Shown: positions 1 to 9,050, numbered from the whole stretch's first letter. The stretch is DNA of 63,851 nt, filler included, from an uncultured Methanosarcinales archaeon (GCA_964434475.1; 6 parts of 6 records of this genome joined end to end with filler, not necessarily neighbours in it), one strand, 5' to 3'. Translations and numbers: made by a program. Notes: generated by a model not told the origin, from the letters alone.

Positions 1-145
1 AAATATCAAGTAGATATATAGAGTTTACGTTTTTGCTAATTTTGCAAAGTTCCCTCTATCAAATGAGCGAATGCGATACATAAAGAACAAGAAAAAAGGG
101 CAGTTTTCCGTAAAGTTTTAAATATTATTAAACTAAATTCTGTGT

Positions 146-1087
146 GTGGCACAAAAAAAGCAAAAACCTTGGAACAAAGGAAAAAAAGGATTGCAAGTTG
201 CTTGGAATAAAGGCAAGAAAGGAACTCATTTTTCTCCTAAAACTGAATTTAAAAAAGGCTCGGTACCTTGGAATAAAGGTAAAGGAAAATATATGTCGGG
301 AAGTAAAAATCCTTTTTATGGTAAGAAGCATTCAGAGGAAACAAGAAGAAAAATGAGTGAAGCTGCCAAAAAAAGAGTTAACGGAGGAATGTTTGGCAAA
401 AAACATTCTAAAGAAACAAAGAAAAAGATAAGCCATTCATCAAAAGGAAGAAAATCTCCGATGAAAGGAAAACATCATTCTAAAAAATCAAGAGTTAAAA
501 TGAGCCAATCTCAGAAAAAGTGGTTTGAAAATAATAATGTTTGGAATAAAGGAAAACCAATGCGTAAAGAATCTAGGCTTAAGCTTAGTGAAGCGCTTAA
601 AGGAAGAATTCCTTTTAATAAAGGAAAAACAAATGTTGGGATGTATGGAGAAGAAAAAGCTAAGGTTTTAGAGCAATTAAATAGAGAGCATATTTTAATC
701 ATGTATGCTTCAGGCACTTTTCCAAAACAAACAAATACAAAAATTGAAATATATATGAAAAAAGAAATGTTAAAGAGAGGATATCGAGAAAATATTGATT
801 TTTTTCATCAATTTAATTTTAATAATAAATTTATGTGTGATTTTGTATTTCTTAAACAAAAGATTGTTATAGAATGTGGTGGTGATTTTTGGCATGCAAA
901 TCCTGAAACATATGCTGGGAAAGAATTAAAGCAAGCACAATTAAATACTCTAAAAAAAGATAAAGCAAAAAATGCGTATATTTCTAAATTTGATAAAGGT
1001 TCTTGGAAACTATTGAGATTTTGGGAATGTGATATTAAAAAAGATGTTTCTAAGTGCGTTGATAAAATTGAAAAATATCTGAAATAG
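146..1087 (+). CDS. NUMOD3-repeat protein with C-terminal Vsr/DUF559-like endonuclease domain (cassette 1 cargo)
   Basis: Repeated PWNKGK and GKKHSxETxxK(M/I)S motifs; C-terminal CDFVF...VIECGGDFWH...LLRFWECDI. Flanked by IR AGGGCAGTTTTCC (97-109) / GGAAAACTGCCCT (1087-1099). Confidence 0.8.
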   Translation: MAQKKQKPWNKGKKGLQVAWNKGKKGTHFSPKTEFKKGSVPWNKGKGKYMSGSKNPFYGKKHSEETRRKMSEAAKKRVNGGMFGKKHSKETKKKISHSSKGRKSPMKGKHHSKKSRVKMSQSQKKWFENNNVWNKGKPMRKESRLKLSEALKGRIPFNKGKTNVGMYGEEKAKVLEQLNREHILIMYASGTFPKQTNTKIEIYMKKEMLKRGYRENIDFFHQFNFNNKFMCDFVFLKQKIVIECGGDFWHANPETYAGKELKQAQLNTLKKDKAKNAYISKFDKGSWKLLRFWECDIKKDVSKCVDKIEKYLK

Positions 1088-1125
1088 GAAAACTGCCCTA
1101 TCTGTTTTTTTAGCCTAAAAAGATT

Positions 1126-1161
1126 ATTTCACTTAAGAACGCGATCGCTCTTATATACCCT
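1126..1161 (+). repeat. Cassette junction S1 (collapsed form)
   Basis: ATTTCACTTAA-GAACGCGA-TCGCTC-TTATATACCCT. Same 8+6 core as S3 but without the inner arms and loop. Confidence 0.75.
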
Positions 1162-1231
1162 GACTTACGAACGAAATGTAGTGAGGAAGGTGCGTAGCGT
1201 TAGCGGAGCAAGTAAATTTAAGCGTGAAAAA

Positions 1232-1522
1232 TTACTCTCTTTCTTGCATATAGTCTACTACTATAGTTATTATTTTTTTTGTAATTTCATTGCAATTCTT
1301 AAATGAAATTTTATCTAAGATTTCGATTCCATATTTTCTAATTAAGTCACTGATTAAAGCGTGAATAAATGATTGAGTTGCTGATTCAATTTTTTCAAAA
1401 TCTAGAGTTATTTCTTCCTTTTTATTTAACATAGGAATTATTTTATTGATTCTAATATCTCTAGCTATATCTTTATTCTCAGCAAAGCTCCCGACTAAGG
1501 GGTGTAGTTTTATTGTAGTCAT
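1232..1522 (-). CDS. STAS-like domain protein (DUF4325 family; cassette 2)
   Basis: ITLDFEKIESATQSFIHALI motif; overlaps the stop of the upstream ATPase gene. Confidence 0.75.
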   Translation of the reverse strand: MTTIKLHPLVGSFAENKDIARDIRINKIIPMLNKKEEITLDFEKIESATQSFIHALISDLIRKYGIEILDKISFKNCNEITKKIITIVVDYMQERE

Positions 1523-2484
1523 ATAAATCTTGGCCTCCTATATTTTGCTTTTTTTCTTTCTCTCACAGTTTTTATATATGTTTCTCTAATTAAATCTAAT
1601 AAAATTGAAAACTTTTTTGTTGCGTCTAGTGATATGTCTATTCCTACAATGGTTCCATTCCAAAAAGGAAGATTTTCATCTTTAGAATGTCTATCTTTAA
1701 ATGGGTCTGAATATAATCTAATGTGTTTTTGTTCAGGTTTACTTTTTAGTAGTTTATACATGGCATTCCCGCTATATATCACAAAAAAGTCACGATTTAC
1801 CTTAGCAATTGACTTAATAAAAAACAATCCTGCTCCAGCATTAAATTCTGAGCCTCCCTCTTTTGTTGTAGTTCCAGTTATTCCTGGCGTCAGTGCTAGT
1901 TGAATTGCTTTTAAGTGAGTTGATGCAGGATAAGAATAACTGATTGCTTTTTTAATTCCAATACCTGTATCCACTATACCAATCCTAATAGTATTGCTTT
2001 TTTTATAGTATTGGGCTGAAAGTATTGCACCAGAGTTAGATTTAGAGTGTTCCAATACATTTCTCACTAACTCACTGACTATATATTTAATAGGTTCTAC
2101 TTGTTTAGGTTCTAGGTGTAATAAGGGAATCATTTCAGTAATAAAATTAGTCAATTCTGTTGAATTTTTTATTTGTGTTAGAGGTATGAATCGTCCAGCA
2201 GGTTCATGTTTTGTAACTTTTATATTTGATTCAATTCCTAAGAACTTAAATAAACCCATTCTCTCAAGATAATGTTTTGATGTTGCTTCAATTTTTTCAC
2301 AATCTATATTTGAAGATTTTACTTTTAGGCCAAGAGAAGCTAACATAGATAAAACTACTGGATGAATCGAAATCCATTTTTTATTTGCTGTAATTTCTAA
2401 TTTATCGGGGCGAGAACTATCAAATTTTCTAATAAATGGATCAATATTTCCTAAAAATGCACTATTTGGAAGGTGTATTTTCAT
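1519..2484 (-). CDS. Histidine-kinase-like (HATPase_c/anti-sigma-type) ATP-binding protein (cassette 2)
   Basis: N-box SELVRNVLEHS, G1 box IVDTGIGI, G2 box GAGL. Start placed at the ATG at 2484 (MKIHLP). Confidence 0.8.
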   Translation of the reverse strand: MKIHLPNSAFLGNIDPFIRKFDSSRPDKLEITANKKWISIHPVVLSMLASLGLKVKSSNIDCEKIEATSKHYLERMGLFKFLGIESNIKVTKHEPAGRFIPLTQIKNSTELTNFITEMIPLLHLEPKQVEPIKYIVSELVRNVLEHSKSNSGAILSAQYYKKSNTIRIGIVDTGIGIKKAISYSYPASTHLKAIQLALTPGITGTTTKEGGSEFNAGAGLFFIKSIAKVNRDFFVIYSGNAMYKLLKSKPEQKHIRLYSDPFKDRHSKDENLPFWNGTIVGIDISLDATKKFSILLDLIRETYIKTVRERKKAKYRRPRFI

Positions 2485-2586
2485 ATTACCGGGAAATATA
2501 ACAGTATTTATAAATGTTTTGTTTTTACCGGGAATCCCGGGCAATATATGTTTATTCTAATTCCCGGTAAATTCGCGCTTAAATTT

Positions 2587-2622
2587 ATTGAACTTAAGAT
2601 CGGCATGCCTCTTAAGTTCTCC
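2587..2622 (+). repeat. Cassette junction S2 (collapsed form)
   Basis: ATTGAACTTAA-GATCGGCA-TGCCTC-TTAAGTTCTCC; hairpin with a 2-nt bulge. Confidence 0.8.
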
Positions 2623-2738
2623 GCCAGTTACAAAGTTCTGGCGGATTGCGATCGCAAAGTAAAATTTAGGTTTCCAGTCAATTTCTACTGAAGGTAGACT
2701 ATATTTTAGGGAATTCTCTATGTTTAAAAATAAATAAT

Positions 2739-2930
2739 CTATTTTCCTTTTATCTCAGGAACAATGTCCAAAACGATTGTTTTTTCAGAATTTGTTAGTT
2801 CTTGATTTAAAACTAGTTTCTTGATAATATCTTTTAAAACTTTGTTTTCATTAGATAAACTACCAACTTGAGATTGAGCTTCATCTCTTTGACGTCTTGC
2901 AGTTATACCTGGCCATGGATTATTATACAT
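2739..2930 (-). CDS. Small hypothetical protein (cassette 3)
   Basis: 63-aa ORF with ATG start and an upstream GTGA motif; no family recognised. Confidence 0.45.
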   Translation of the reverse strand: MYNNPWPGITARRQRDEAQSQVGSLSNENKVLKDIIKKLVLNQELTNSEKTIVLDIVPEIKGK

Positions 2931-3137
2931 AATATCACTACAATGCTATTAGAAATAATACTTTATAAAACTAATCTAATTAATTTTCATTAAGTCGTTT
3001 ATTTATAAATAAAATCAAAAAGTATAAATATGACATAATACAATTTATGTAATAATGGCAAAAAGGGGATTAGCTAGTTTTCTTAGTAATCATACATTAG
3101 ATTTAAATTTATTCCTCATTTATAATGGGGTAGAAAA

Positions 3138-3827
3138 ATGAGTTCATGTATACGTAATAGAGAAATTTGTACCCCTGTCAATGATTTTATGTCGACATTT
3201 AGGACTGTTCTTGATAGCTTTTTTGTTAAGAAAGATCATACAATCAATGCACAATTAGTTATGAATGAATTAAAACAAAAAAAAATCAATATAGAACAGA
3301 TTAAGATTTTTCTAGATACTTTACCCAAAGAAGAATGGAGCATAAAAACTTTCCTTGATAATATTGAAAAACTTAATGATTTTTTCGGAATAAGTGATGA
3401 GGAAATTAATAAGTGGAGTGTGAATCAATTAAACGAAAAAGATGTCTTGGAAATAAGATTTAGAGTTGTTGTTGAATCTATGATAGAATATACTAGATTT
3501 GCATCTGAATTTTATGATGCTTTAAAATATAATACTAATAACCAACTTTCAATGGCAAAAATTAAATTGCTCAATGAATTAATGATGGTCTTTAAATATA
3601 TAAAAGAACAATCAAAAATGATATCGGAGCATTTTAAAAACCGCAAATACAGTATAAAAAATCTAAATGATTTAAATGTGGCCAGACTACCTATTGAATT
3701 TTTAGTTTTAAGAATTCTTTATATAAGTATGAATCTAGCAAAATCTAATGACAAAATGATTGTACATTATGCCGAACTACTCAGCAAAGAAAGAATTTCT
3801 TTAATATATCAGAAAGTAGTTGCATAA
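3138..3827 (+). CDS. Hypothetical helical protein (cassette 3)
   Basis: 229-aa ORF overlapping the start of the next gene. Confidence 0.65.
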   Translation: MSSCIRNREICTPVNDFMSTFRTVLDSFFVKKDHTINAQLVMNELKQKKINIEQIKIFLDTLPKEEWSIKTFLDNIEKLNDFFGISDEEINKWSVNQLNEKDVLEIRFRVVVESMIEYTRFASEFYDALKYNTNNQLSMAKIKLLNELMMVFKYIKEQSKMISEHFKNRKYSIKNLNDLNVARLPIEFLVLRILYISMNLAKSNDKMIVHYAELLSKERISLIYQKVVA

Positions 3828-4587
3828 AATGAAAACGGCATCTGATGTAAATACAATTTTTGCATATAATGATTCATCTCACTTCTTTCATAGACCAGTC
3901 TGCTTACACATGGCAAAAAATATTCGAGGAAAATATGTTCTATTAGATAAAGTAAAAGCAAATTTCATACACACTTATAGAACATACATGACTGATTGTG
4001 AAATTATTATTGAAAAGTCAGTAAGGGAGTACAAACAAAAATTAAGTTCATCACCTTCTAAAACATATACTCCTTCTCTACTAGCCATATCAAAAAATGT
4101 AGATAGCATTATAGCTGGACATTTAAAAAAAATGTCAAATAATATGGACTTTAACATTAAAGCGATAAGAATATTTATCACTTTAATGCTGAGTGATTAC
4201 TCCATTCCAGAACTTGTAAAGAACGATACTGCTTTAGGCGACTTTAAGGAAAAATACCTACTTAAAGCTGAAGAAAGAGCAAAAGATTCACTAAATAAAT
4301 TTGTAAAGTTTTTCAAATCAAATGAATTTGAATTAATGAATATAGGACAATATGAAACTTATGACGAATGGGTAAAAAAAATAAAAAATAGTAAAAATAA
4401 CAGTATTTTTAAAAATAAAAAAGATTATGAGGACATAACTATTGCTGCAGAACTATTTGCATTTAATTCGGAAATAAGTAAATTAGCATTTTTCACAACT
4501 GATTCCGATTTTCAATACTCAACTCCAAAGATAAGTAAAGAATATAAACAAGAAATCGGAAACATAACGTTAATATCAAATAAATAA
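3820..4587 (+). CDS. Putative PIN-like domain protein (cassette 3)
   Basis: N-terminal SDVNTIF and C-terminal EDITIAAE...FFTTDSDF acidic motifs resemble the PIN fold. Confidence 0.55.
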   Translation: MHKMKTASDVNTIFAYNDSSHFFHRPVCLHMAKNIRGKYVLLDKVKANFIHTYRTYMTDCEIIIEKSVREYKQKLSSSPSKTYTPSLLAISKNVDSIIAGHLKKMSNNMDFNIKAIRIFITLMLSDYSIPELVKNDTALGDFKEKYLLKAEERAKDSLNKFVKFFKSNEFELMNIGQYETYDEWVKKIKNSKNNSIFKNKKDYEDITIAAELFAFNSEISKLAFFTTDSDFQYSTPKISKEYKQEIGNITLISNK

Positions 4588-4671
4588 TATTTACTATTAG
4601 TTTAAAAAATATTAATTTATTTTTGTTAAAAAAGAGAATTCCCTATTTATTTTTATAGAAACCTAAATTTT

Positions 4672-4841
4672 ATTGAACTTAAGAACGCGATTAGGCGATA
4701 GTTTTTAGGGTGCAGAGCTGATTGAGGCAGCCCACAATCCTCTGAGGTTAGGGTGGCGTAGCTGGTAGAATTTGGGAGAACGTAGGCGAAGCTACGAAGT
4801 GGCGAGCCGTAGTGAACCGCCTAATCGCTCTTAAGTTCTCC
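4672..4841 (+). repeat. Cassette junction S3 (full form)
   Basis: ATTGAACTTAA-GAACGCGA-TTAGGCG...loop...CGCCTAA-TCGCTC-TTAAGTTCTCC. Two inverted dif-like sites with 8- and 6-nt spacers. Confidence 0.85.
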
Positions 4842-5110
4842 CGACTACGAAGTGGGAGGGATTGCGAAGCAAAGTTGTGTTTAAGTTCCAATCAATTCGA
4901 GCGTGGCGAGTCAATATGTCCGAAGCACGGGGGGAGTTCAGTTCTTTCAAAAGAGCGAAGCGATACTTCAAGAACAAGAATAAAGGGGAGTTCCTATTTT
5001 TTATATTTCAAGGCAGGGCCATCATTTACAACCCTTTAATAGTGACAAAAACAGAAAGAGTTATAACTGGGCGTAGCTTTATACCAATATTAAACTCATA
5101 AGGTGATAAA

Positions 5111-5944
5111 ATGTCAAAATTAGAAACAATTACTGATAATTTACATGATGGATATAATCAATTAAAGAAAGGCACTTTCAGAAGTTCAAAACAGATTCAA
5201 ACCGAAAGGATGAATAATGAAGAACTAAGAAATAAATACTTTTATACTGCTAATGTAGCTACTTATGAACATGCAAAAGATGGTACTGTTAGTTTTTCTC
5301 TTGGCGATGATGTTGCATTTGAATCCGTCATAGGAAGTGAAAATATAGGACAATTCTGTAATGATTTATTAGAAGAAGGAGACCATACGCTTAGTGATTC
5401 TCAAGTAAAAAAACTATCCGAACTTGATAAGAAACATGTTGTAAAGGTTAAGTATAATGATTTAAGATTAAACGAACATCATAGTCAGCTAAGTTATTTA
5501 GAAATCAATACGACTAATTTTGATTCACTAAATGATTCAGAGAAAGCACTTGTTAATATGGTTCATGGAAATGACTATAAGAAGAAAATGGAAATGCTTT
5601 CTGATTCAGGTATAAAAACCACTAAAATTTATATGTTGTCTGAAAATTATGTTAAAAATAATGTTAAGAAAGGTTCATCTATTGCGCGGGCGTGTTGGCT
5701 CGGTAGTTTCTATTACATTTCCTACTTCGGTGCTAATCTCAATAGTGTGGGTAGTCACGAGCGTCTGCGTGGGGTAAATAATTCCGGCGCAGCCGGTGTA
5801 AATGCGAACGATAGTGAGCAAACACAAAAATATACTGATATTGGAATAATTAAACACTTTGATGAAAATCCAATTAGAGACCTAGATTTAGCTAATAAAT
5901 TAATGGGCAAACTTAATGACTTTTATCAAAGTTTAAAACAGTAA
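5111..5944 (+). CDS. Putative diversity-generating retroelement (DGR) target protein (cassette 4)
   Basis: C-terminal ARACWL...FxA...RLRGV variable-region-like segment rich in NNY codons, followed by a CCGGC-GCA-GCCGG hairpin. AGGTGA RBS upstream. Confidence 0.75.
   Translation: MSKLETITDNLHDGYNQLKKGTFRSSKQIQTERMNNEELRNKYFYTANVATYEHAKDGTVSFSLGDDVAFESVIGSENIGQFCNDLLEEGDHTLSDSQVKKLSELDKKHVVKVKYNDLRLNEHHSQLSYLEINTTNFDSLNDSEKALVNMVHGNDYKKKMEMLSDSGIKTTKIYMLSENYVKNNVKKGSSIARACWLGSFYYISYFGANLNSVGSHERLRGVNNSGAAGVNANDSEQTQKYTDIGIIKHFDENPIRDLDLANKLMGKLNDFYQSLKQ
5684..5796 (+). other. Putative DGR variable region (about 5684-5776) plus cis hairpin (5784-5796)
   Basis: GC-rich stretch within an AT-rich gene. 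About 13 codons are of NNT/NNC form, derivable from AAT/AAC by adenine-specific mutagenesis. Confidence 0.7.
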
Positions 5945-6115
5945 ATATTAAATATTCTTTCTTTTTTATTATTCTTGTCTGGCTTAATTGCTGGGCTACA
6001 CGCTTTTTTATTTTTAGGAACTCCCCTTTTAGAATAATTAAATTTCTTTACTAAGTAAAGTGTAACTGTCCGAAGGACTAGAACTCCCCCTATTTTTTAA
6101 AAGAACTTAAACACA

Positions 6116-6253
6116 ATTGAACTTAAGATCGGAATTATCTGAAGTTTTTTGGTGAGGCAGCCCACACCAAAAAATTTGGGAAACATTCGGTAAATCGCTT
6201 GGCGATTTAGCGTAAGCGACCGAATTTTCCTGATAATTCTTCTTATATCCTTT
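6116..6253 (+). repeat. Cassette junction S4 (full form)
   Basis: ATTGAACTTAA-GATCGGAA-TTATC...loop...GATAA-TTCTTC-TTATATCCTTT. Confidence 0.85.
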
Positions 6254-6471
6254 TCCCATACTCAAGTGTGGGAAAACTGCGTCCGCAGAGTGGAATTTGA
6301 GTTGAAAGCGTAGATTTCTTTTAGTTTTTCAGTATTTAGGGGTTCCGAGTTATTAAGGGGTGAGAAAAAAATCATATTTAGTTTACTAAATAGTATACTA
6401 AAAAGAGAAAGTTTAAATAAAAGATATCCCCAACAACTCTTGTGCGATTGCTGGGGATATGTTCGATTCCT

Positions 6472-6774
6472 TCAAATTAAATCAATTTTGTTTCTGTTTT
6501 TGTAAGCTACTTCATCACGGTATGTTATCCTTTCAAAGGATCCGTTTTGTTCGATTTCTCGTAAATCGGCTTCCACGTCTTTTTTTCTGTTGCGGTATCT
6601 TCTGTAGATTTCCTTTAAAAAAACTACACTGTTGTGATGTTTTAACCTCATCTGAAGGAACCGTTCGACATTTGTTTTCATTTCAAACACCTCATGGTCC
6701 TCCAAACCGGCTTTTTTTCCGTGTAAGGAATCTACGTATGCGAAAAAACAGATATATTTATAAATCTTTCGCAA
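6472..6774 (-). CDS. Hypothetical protein (cassette 5)
   Basis: About 100-aa charged ORF divergent from the HTH gene; start uncertain. Confidence 0.5.
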   Translation of the reverse strand: MRKIYKYICFFAYVDSLHGKKAGLEDHEVFEMKTNVERFLQMRLKHHNSVVFLKEIYRRYRNRKKDVEADLREIEQNGSFERITYRDEVAYKNRNKIDLI

Positions 6775-6832
6775 TTACTGGAACTAAATGGTTCTATTTT
6801 GGAACTATTGCTTATGGAAAAGAGGTGATACC

Positions 6833-7156
6833 ATGAGGAGGCTTGACAAAATGGAGGTCAAAACTGTAGACGATTCGGCTTTTTTTGAGATACTAGGAAA
6901 AAGCCAGAACACTAAAATATTGGAATTATTTATTGAACGAGATAGAGATCAATTTAATTTTAGTGAAGTCGCTGAAATGGCTAATGTGCAAAGGCAAAAA
7001 ATAAAAGAAATCCTGGATATTTATTGTAAGATTGGATTACTTTCAATTGCCAAAGAAAGAAAAAATAGAAAATTGTATGTTTTAAACAATTCGAATGCTT
7101 ATGCTAAGCATATTAAAAAAATATATCAGCTAATATTAAAAGAAAAAAACCTATAA
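6833..7156 (+). CDS. Winged helix-turn-helix protein (cassette 5)
   Basis: KILELF...FNFSEVAEMANV...KIGLL...LYVLN wHTH pattern; GAGGTGA RBS before the ATG at 6833. Confidence 0.75.
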   Translation: MRRLDKMEVKTVDDSAFFEILGKSQNTKILELFIERDRDQFNFSEVAEMANVQRQKIKEILDIYCKIGLLSIAKERKNRKLYVLNNSNAYAKHIKKIYQLILKEKNL

Positions 7157-7269
7157 TTTTTTAATTTTTAATTATTTTAAAGAAAGAATTTCATATGTGT
7201 AGTGTTAAATTATTTGAAGTGCTAGATTTATATATAATTATTATTTTTTATTCTAAAAAGGTAAATGAA

Positions 7270-8088
7270 ATGTTAGGAAGACACCATAGTGCATTGACAA
7301 TTGGAACTATTTTACCATTTTTAATTCCTTTAATATTTGTATCAAATGATAATGCCTTAATTTATGGGTTTACTTTCTTGATTGCGGCATTAATTGGATC
7401 ATTGACGCCTGATGCTGATTGTGGAGGTAATGCAACATTATACTATAGATTTGGTCCTATTGATTGGCTGATGAAAAAAGTAGTCATTAAATTGACCATT
7501 AAACTATATGAACAACCTTATTTGAAAAAACAGGTTCAAGAGGGATATAAAGTTCAAGAAGAGCACAGAGGAATTATGCATGCACCTGCGGGGATTATTA
7601 TCAGTTCTTTGATTTTGACTATTATTGGAGCAATTATCGCATATTTTGTTGAATTATTTAATATTACATATTTAATGATAATTTTTAGTGGTTTGTTGGT
7701 CGGACAATTTTTCCATTTGTTAGAAGATAGTTGTACTGTTTCGGGAATCAATTGGAAATTTCCTAAAGGAAAAAAAGAATTAAGTGGGAATATCTACACA
7801 TTTGATAAATTTCAAGATAAAAAAGATTATAGACCAGATCTATTTTTTGAAATTTTATCTGTATTAAACTTGGCGATATTCTTACTATTAGGCTTAGAAA
7901 AAATGACACTTGCATTATGGCAGTATTATCTAATCGTCTGCTTCACTATACTGATCATATGGCTATTTTTTCTTTGGTTATCTGGTATTTGGTCTGAATC
8001 AAAAGAAATTCCAAAAATATTCTTAATTGACAAGGAGAAATATAAAGAAATAAAGAAAGGATTAAGAAAATCAATAAAACAAAGGTGA
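7270..8088 (+). CDS. YdjM-like membrane metal-dependent hydrolase (cassette 5)
   Basis: MxGxxH, GSLTPDAD, HRGIMH and HLLEDxxTxSG motifs; several TM helices. Confidence 0.85.
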   Translation: MLGRHHSALTIGTILPFLIPLIFVSNDNALIYGFTFLIAALIGSLTPDADCGGNATLYYRFGPIDWLMKKVVIKLTIKLYEQPYLKKQVQEGYKVQEEHRGIMHAPAGIIISSLILTIIGAIIAYFVELFNITYLMIIFSGLLVGQFFHLLEDSCTVSGINWKFPKGKKELSGNIYTFDKFQDKKDYRPDLFFEILSVLNLAIFLLLGLEKMTLALWQYYLIVCFTILIIWLFFLWLSGIWSESKEIPKIFLIDKEKYKEIKKGLRKSIKQR

Positions 8089-8126
8089 ATTGATTCGTTA
8101 ATTTTATATTGTTTGTATGCTATTAA

Positions 8127-8912
8127 ATGAAAATGGTTAAGAAAAAAGATTTAGGACATTTGATATCTCCAGTACTCAAAGCAGGATTGAATATACCTAC
8201 ATGCGGTTTTGCAAGTGCCATAGCAGATGTTTTTGATGCACCATATAAAATTCAAAGACAAAAAAATTTAAAGAATTTTGTTGATCAAACAATAAAAAAA
8301 GTCAAAGAGTTAGATATAAAGATTTCAGAATTAGATTTTAAAAAAAGAATTAATGAGCCTGAATTTATACAATTATTTTCAGAGATTCTTAATAAAATTC
8401 AAAACGAAACAAGAGCGAAGATTAGACAAAGTTACTCAAATTTATTGACTAATTTATTAAAAGAAGAAGCAAATATTAATTTTAATAAAAAAATGTTTTT
8501 CGTAAAACTCTTGGAGAGTCTTAATGAAGATCACATCAAATTGTTGCATATATTTTATAAGGATAGAACTGTAAAAAATAGGCTGAAATTAGATACTTTA
8601 CATCAAAAAATGAACTGTTTCATAAAACGTAAAAGAAAAAAAGGAGACCCTGTTAGTTTATTTACTGATGATAAAAGCAAATATATTACTGTTCTTGATG
8701 AATTAAAAAGCTCATATATAGAATCATTAATAAGTGATTTAGACAGTAAGAAACTAATCAATATTGAAATGGATATTTCTTCGGAAGCTAATGTTGATGA
8801 AAACGAAGGTAATGTTACGGCAGTTGATTCCATTGACAATGATATATCTTATGAATATATGGGAACTCAATTAGGATTTGATTTCTATAAGTCAATAAAA
8901 GAATATAAGTAG
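8127..8912 (+). CDS. Hypothetical protein, possibly Abi-alpha/DUF4393-like (cassette 5)
   Basis: Helical core with YSNLL...FVKLLESLNEDHIKLL and a C-terminal wHTH-like TQLGFDF; resemblance only. Confidence 0.5.
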   Translation: MKMVKKKDLGHLISPVLKAGLNIPTCGFASAIADVFDAPYKIQRQKNLKNFVDQTIKKVKELDIKISELDFKKRINEPEFIQLFSEILNKIQNETRAKIRQSYSNLLTNLLKEEANINFNKKMFFVKLLESLNEDHIKLLHIFYKDRTVKNRLKLDTLHQKMNCFIKRKRKKGDPVSLFTDDKSKYITVLDELKSSYIESLISDLDSKKLINIEMDISSEANVDENEGNVTAVDSIDNDISYEYMGTQLGFDFYKSIKEYK

Positions 8913-9050
8913 TTTCTTATTTTAAAAATTGATAGACCTATTTTTTTACGTATTGTTTTTTTTCTCGCCCCTTACATTATTTTCTTTTGCTTTGCAAAAG
9001 GCTAGATTTACTCGGAACCCCTCATCTTTATTGTTAAGAACTCAAATTCC

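Noticed and set aside
4812..5101. ORFs 4812-5039 and 4862-5101 (also 2473-2691 and 8929-9132)
   Set aside because: They run across structured junction DNA with no protein-like features; chance ORFs.
6424..6470. Hairpin ATATCCCCA/TGGGGATAT followed by GTTCGATTCC (T-loop-like)
   Set aside because: No cloverleaf can be built; more likely a terminator or operator for the 6472-6774 gene.
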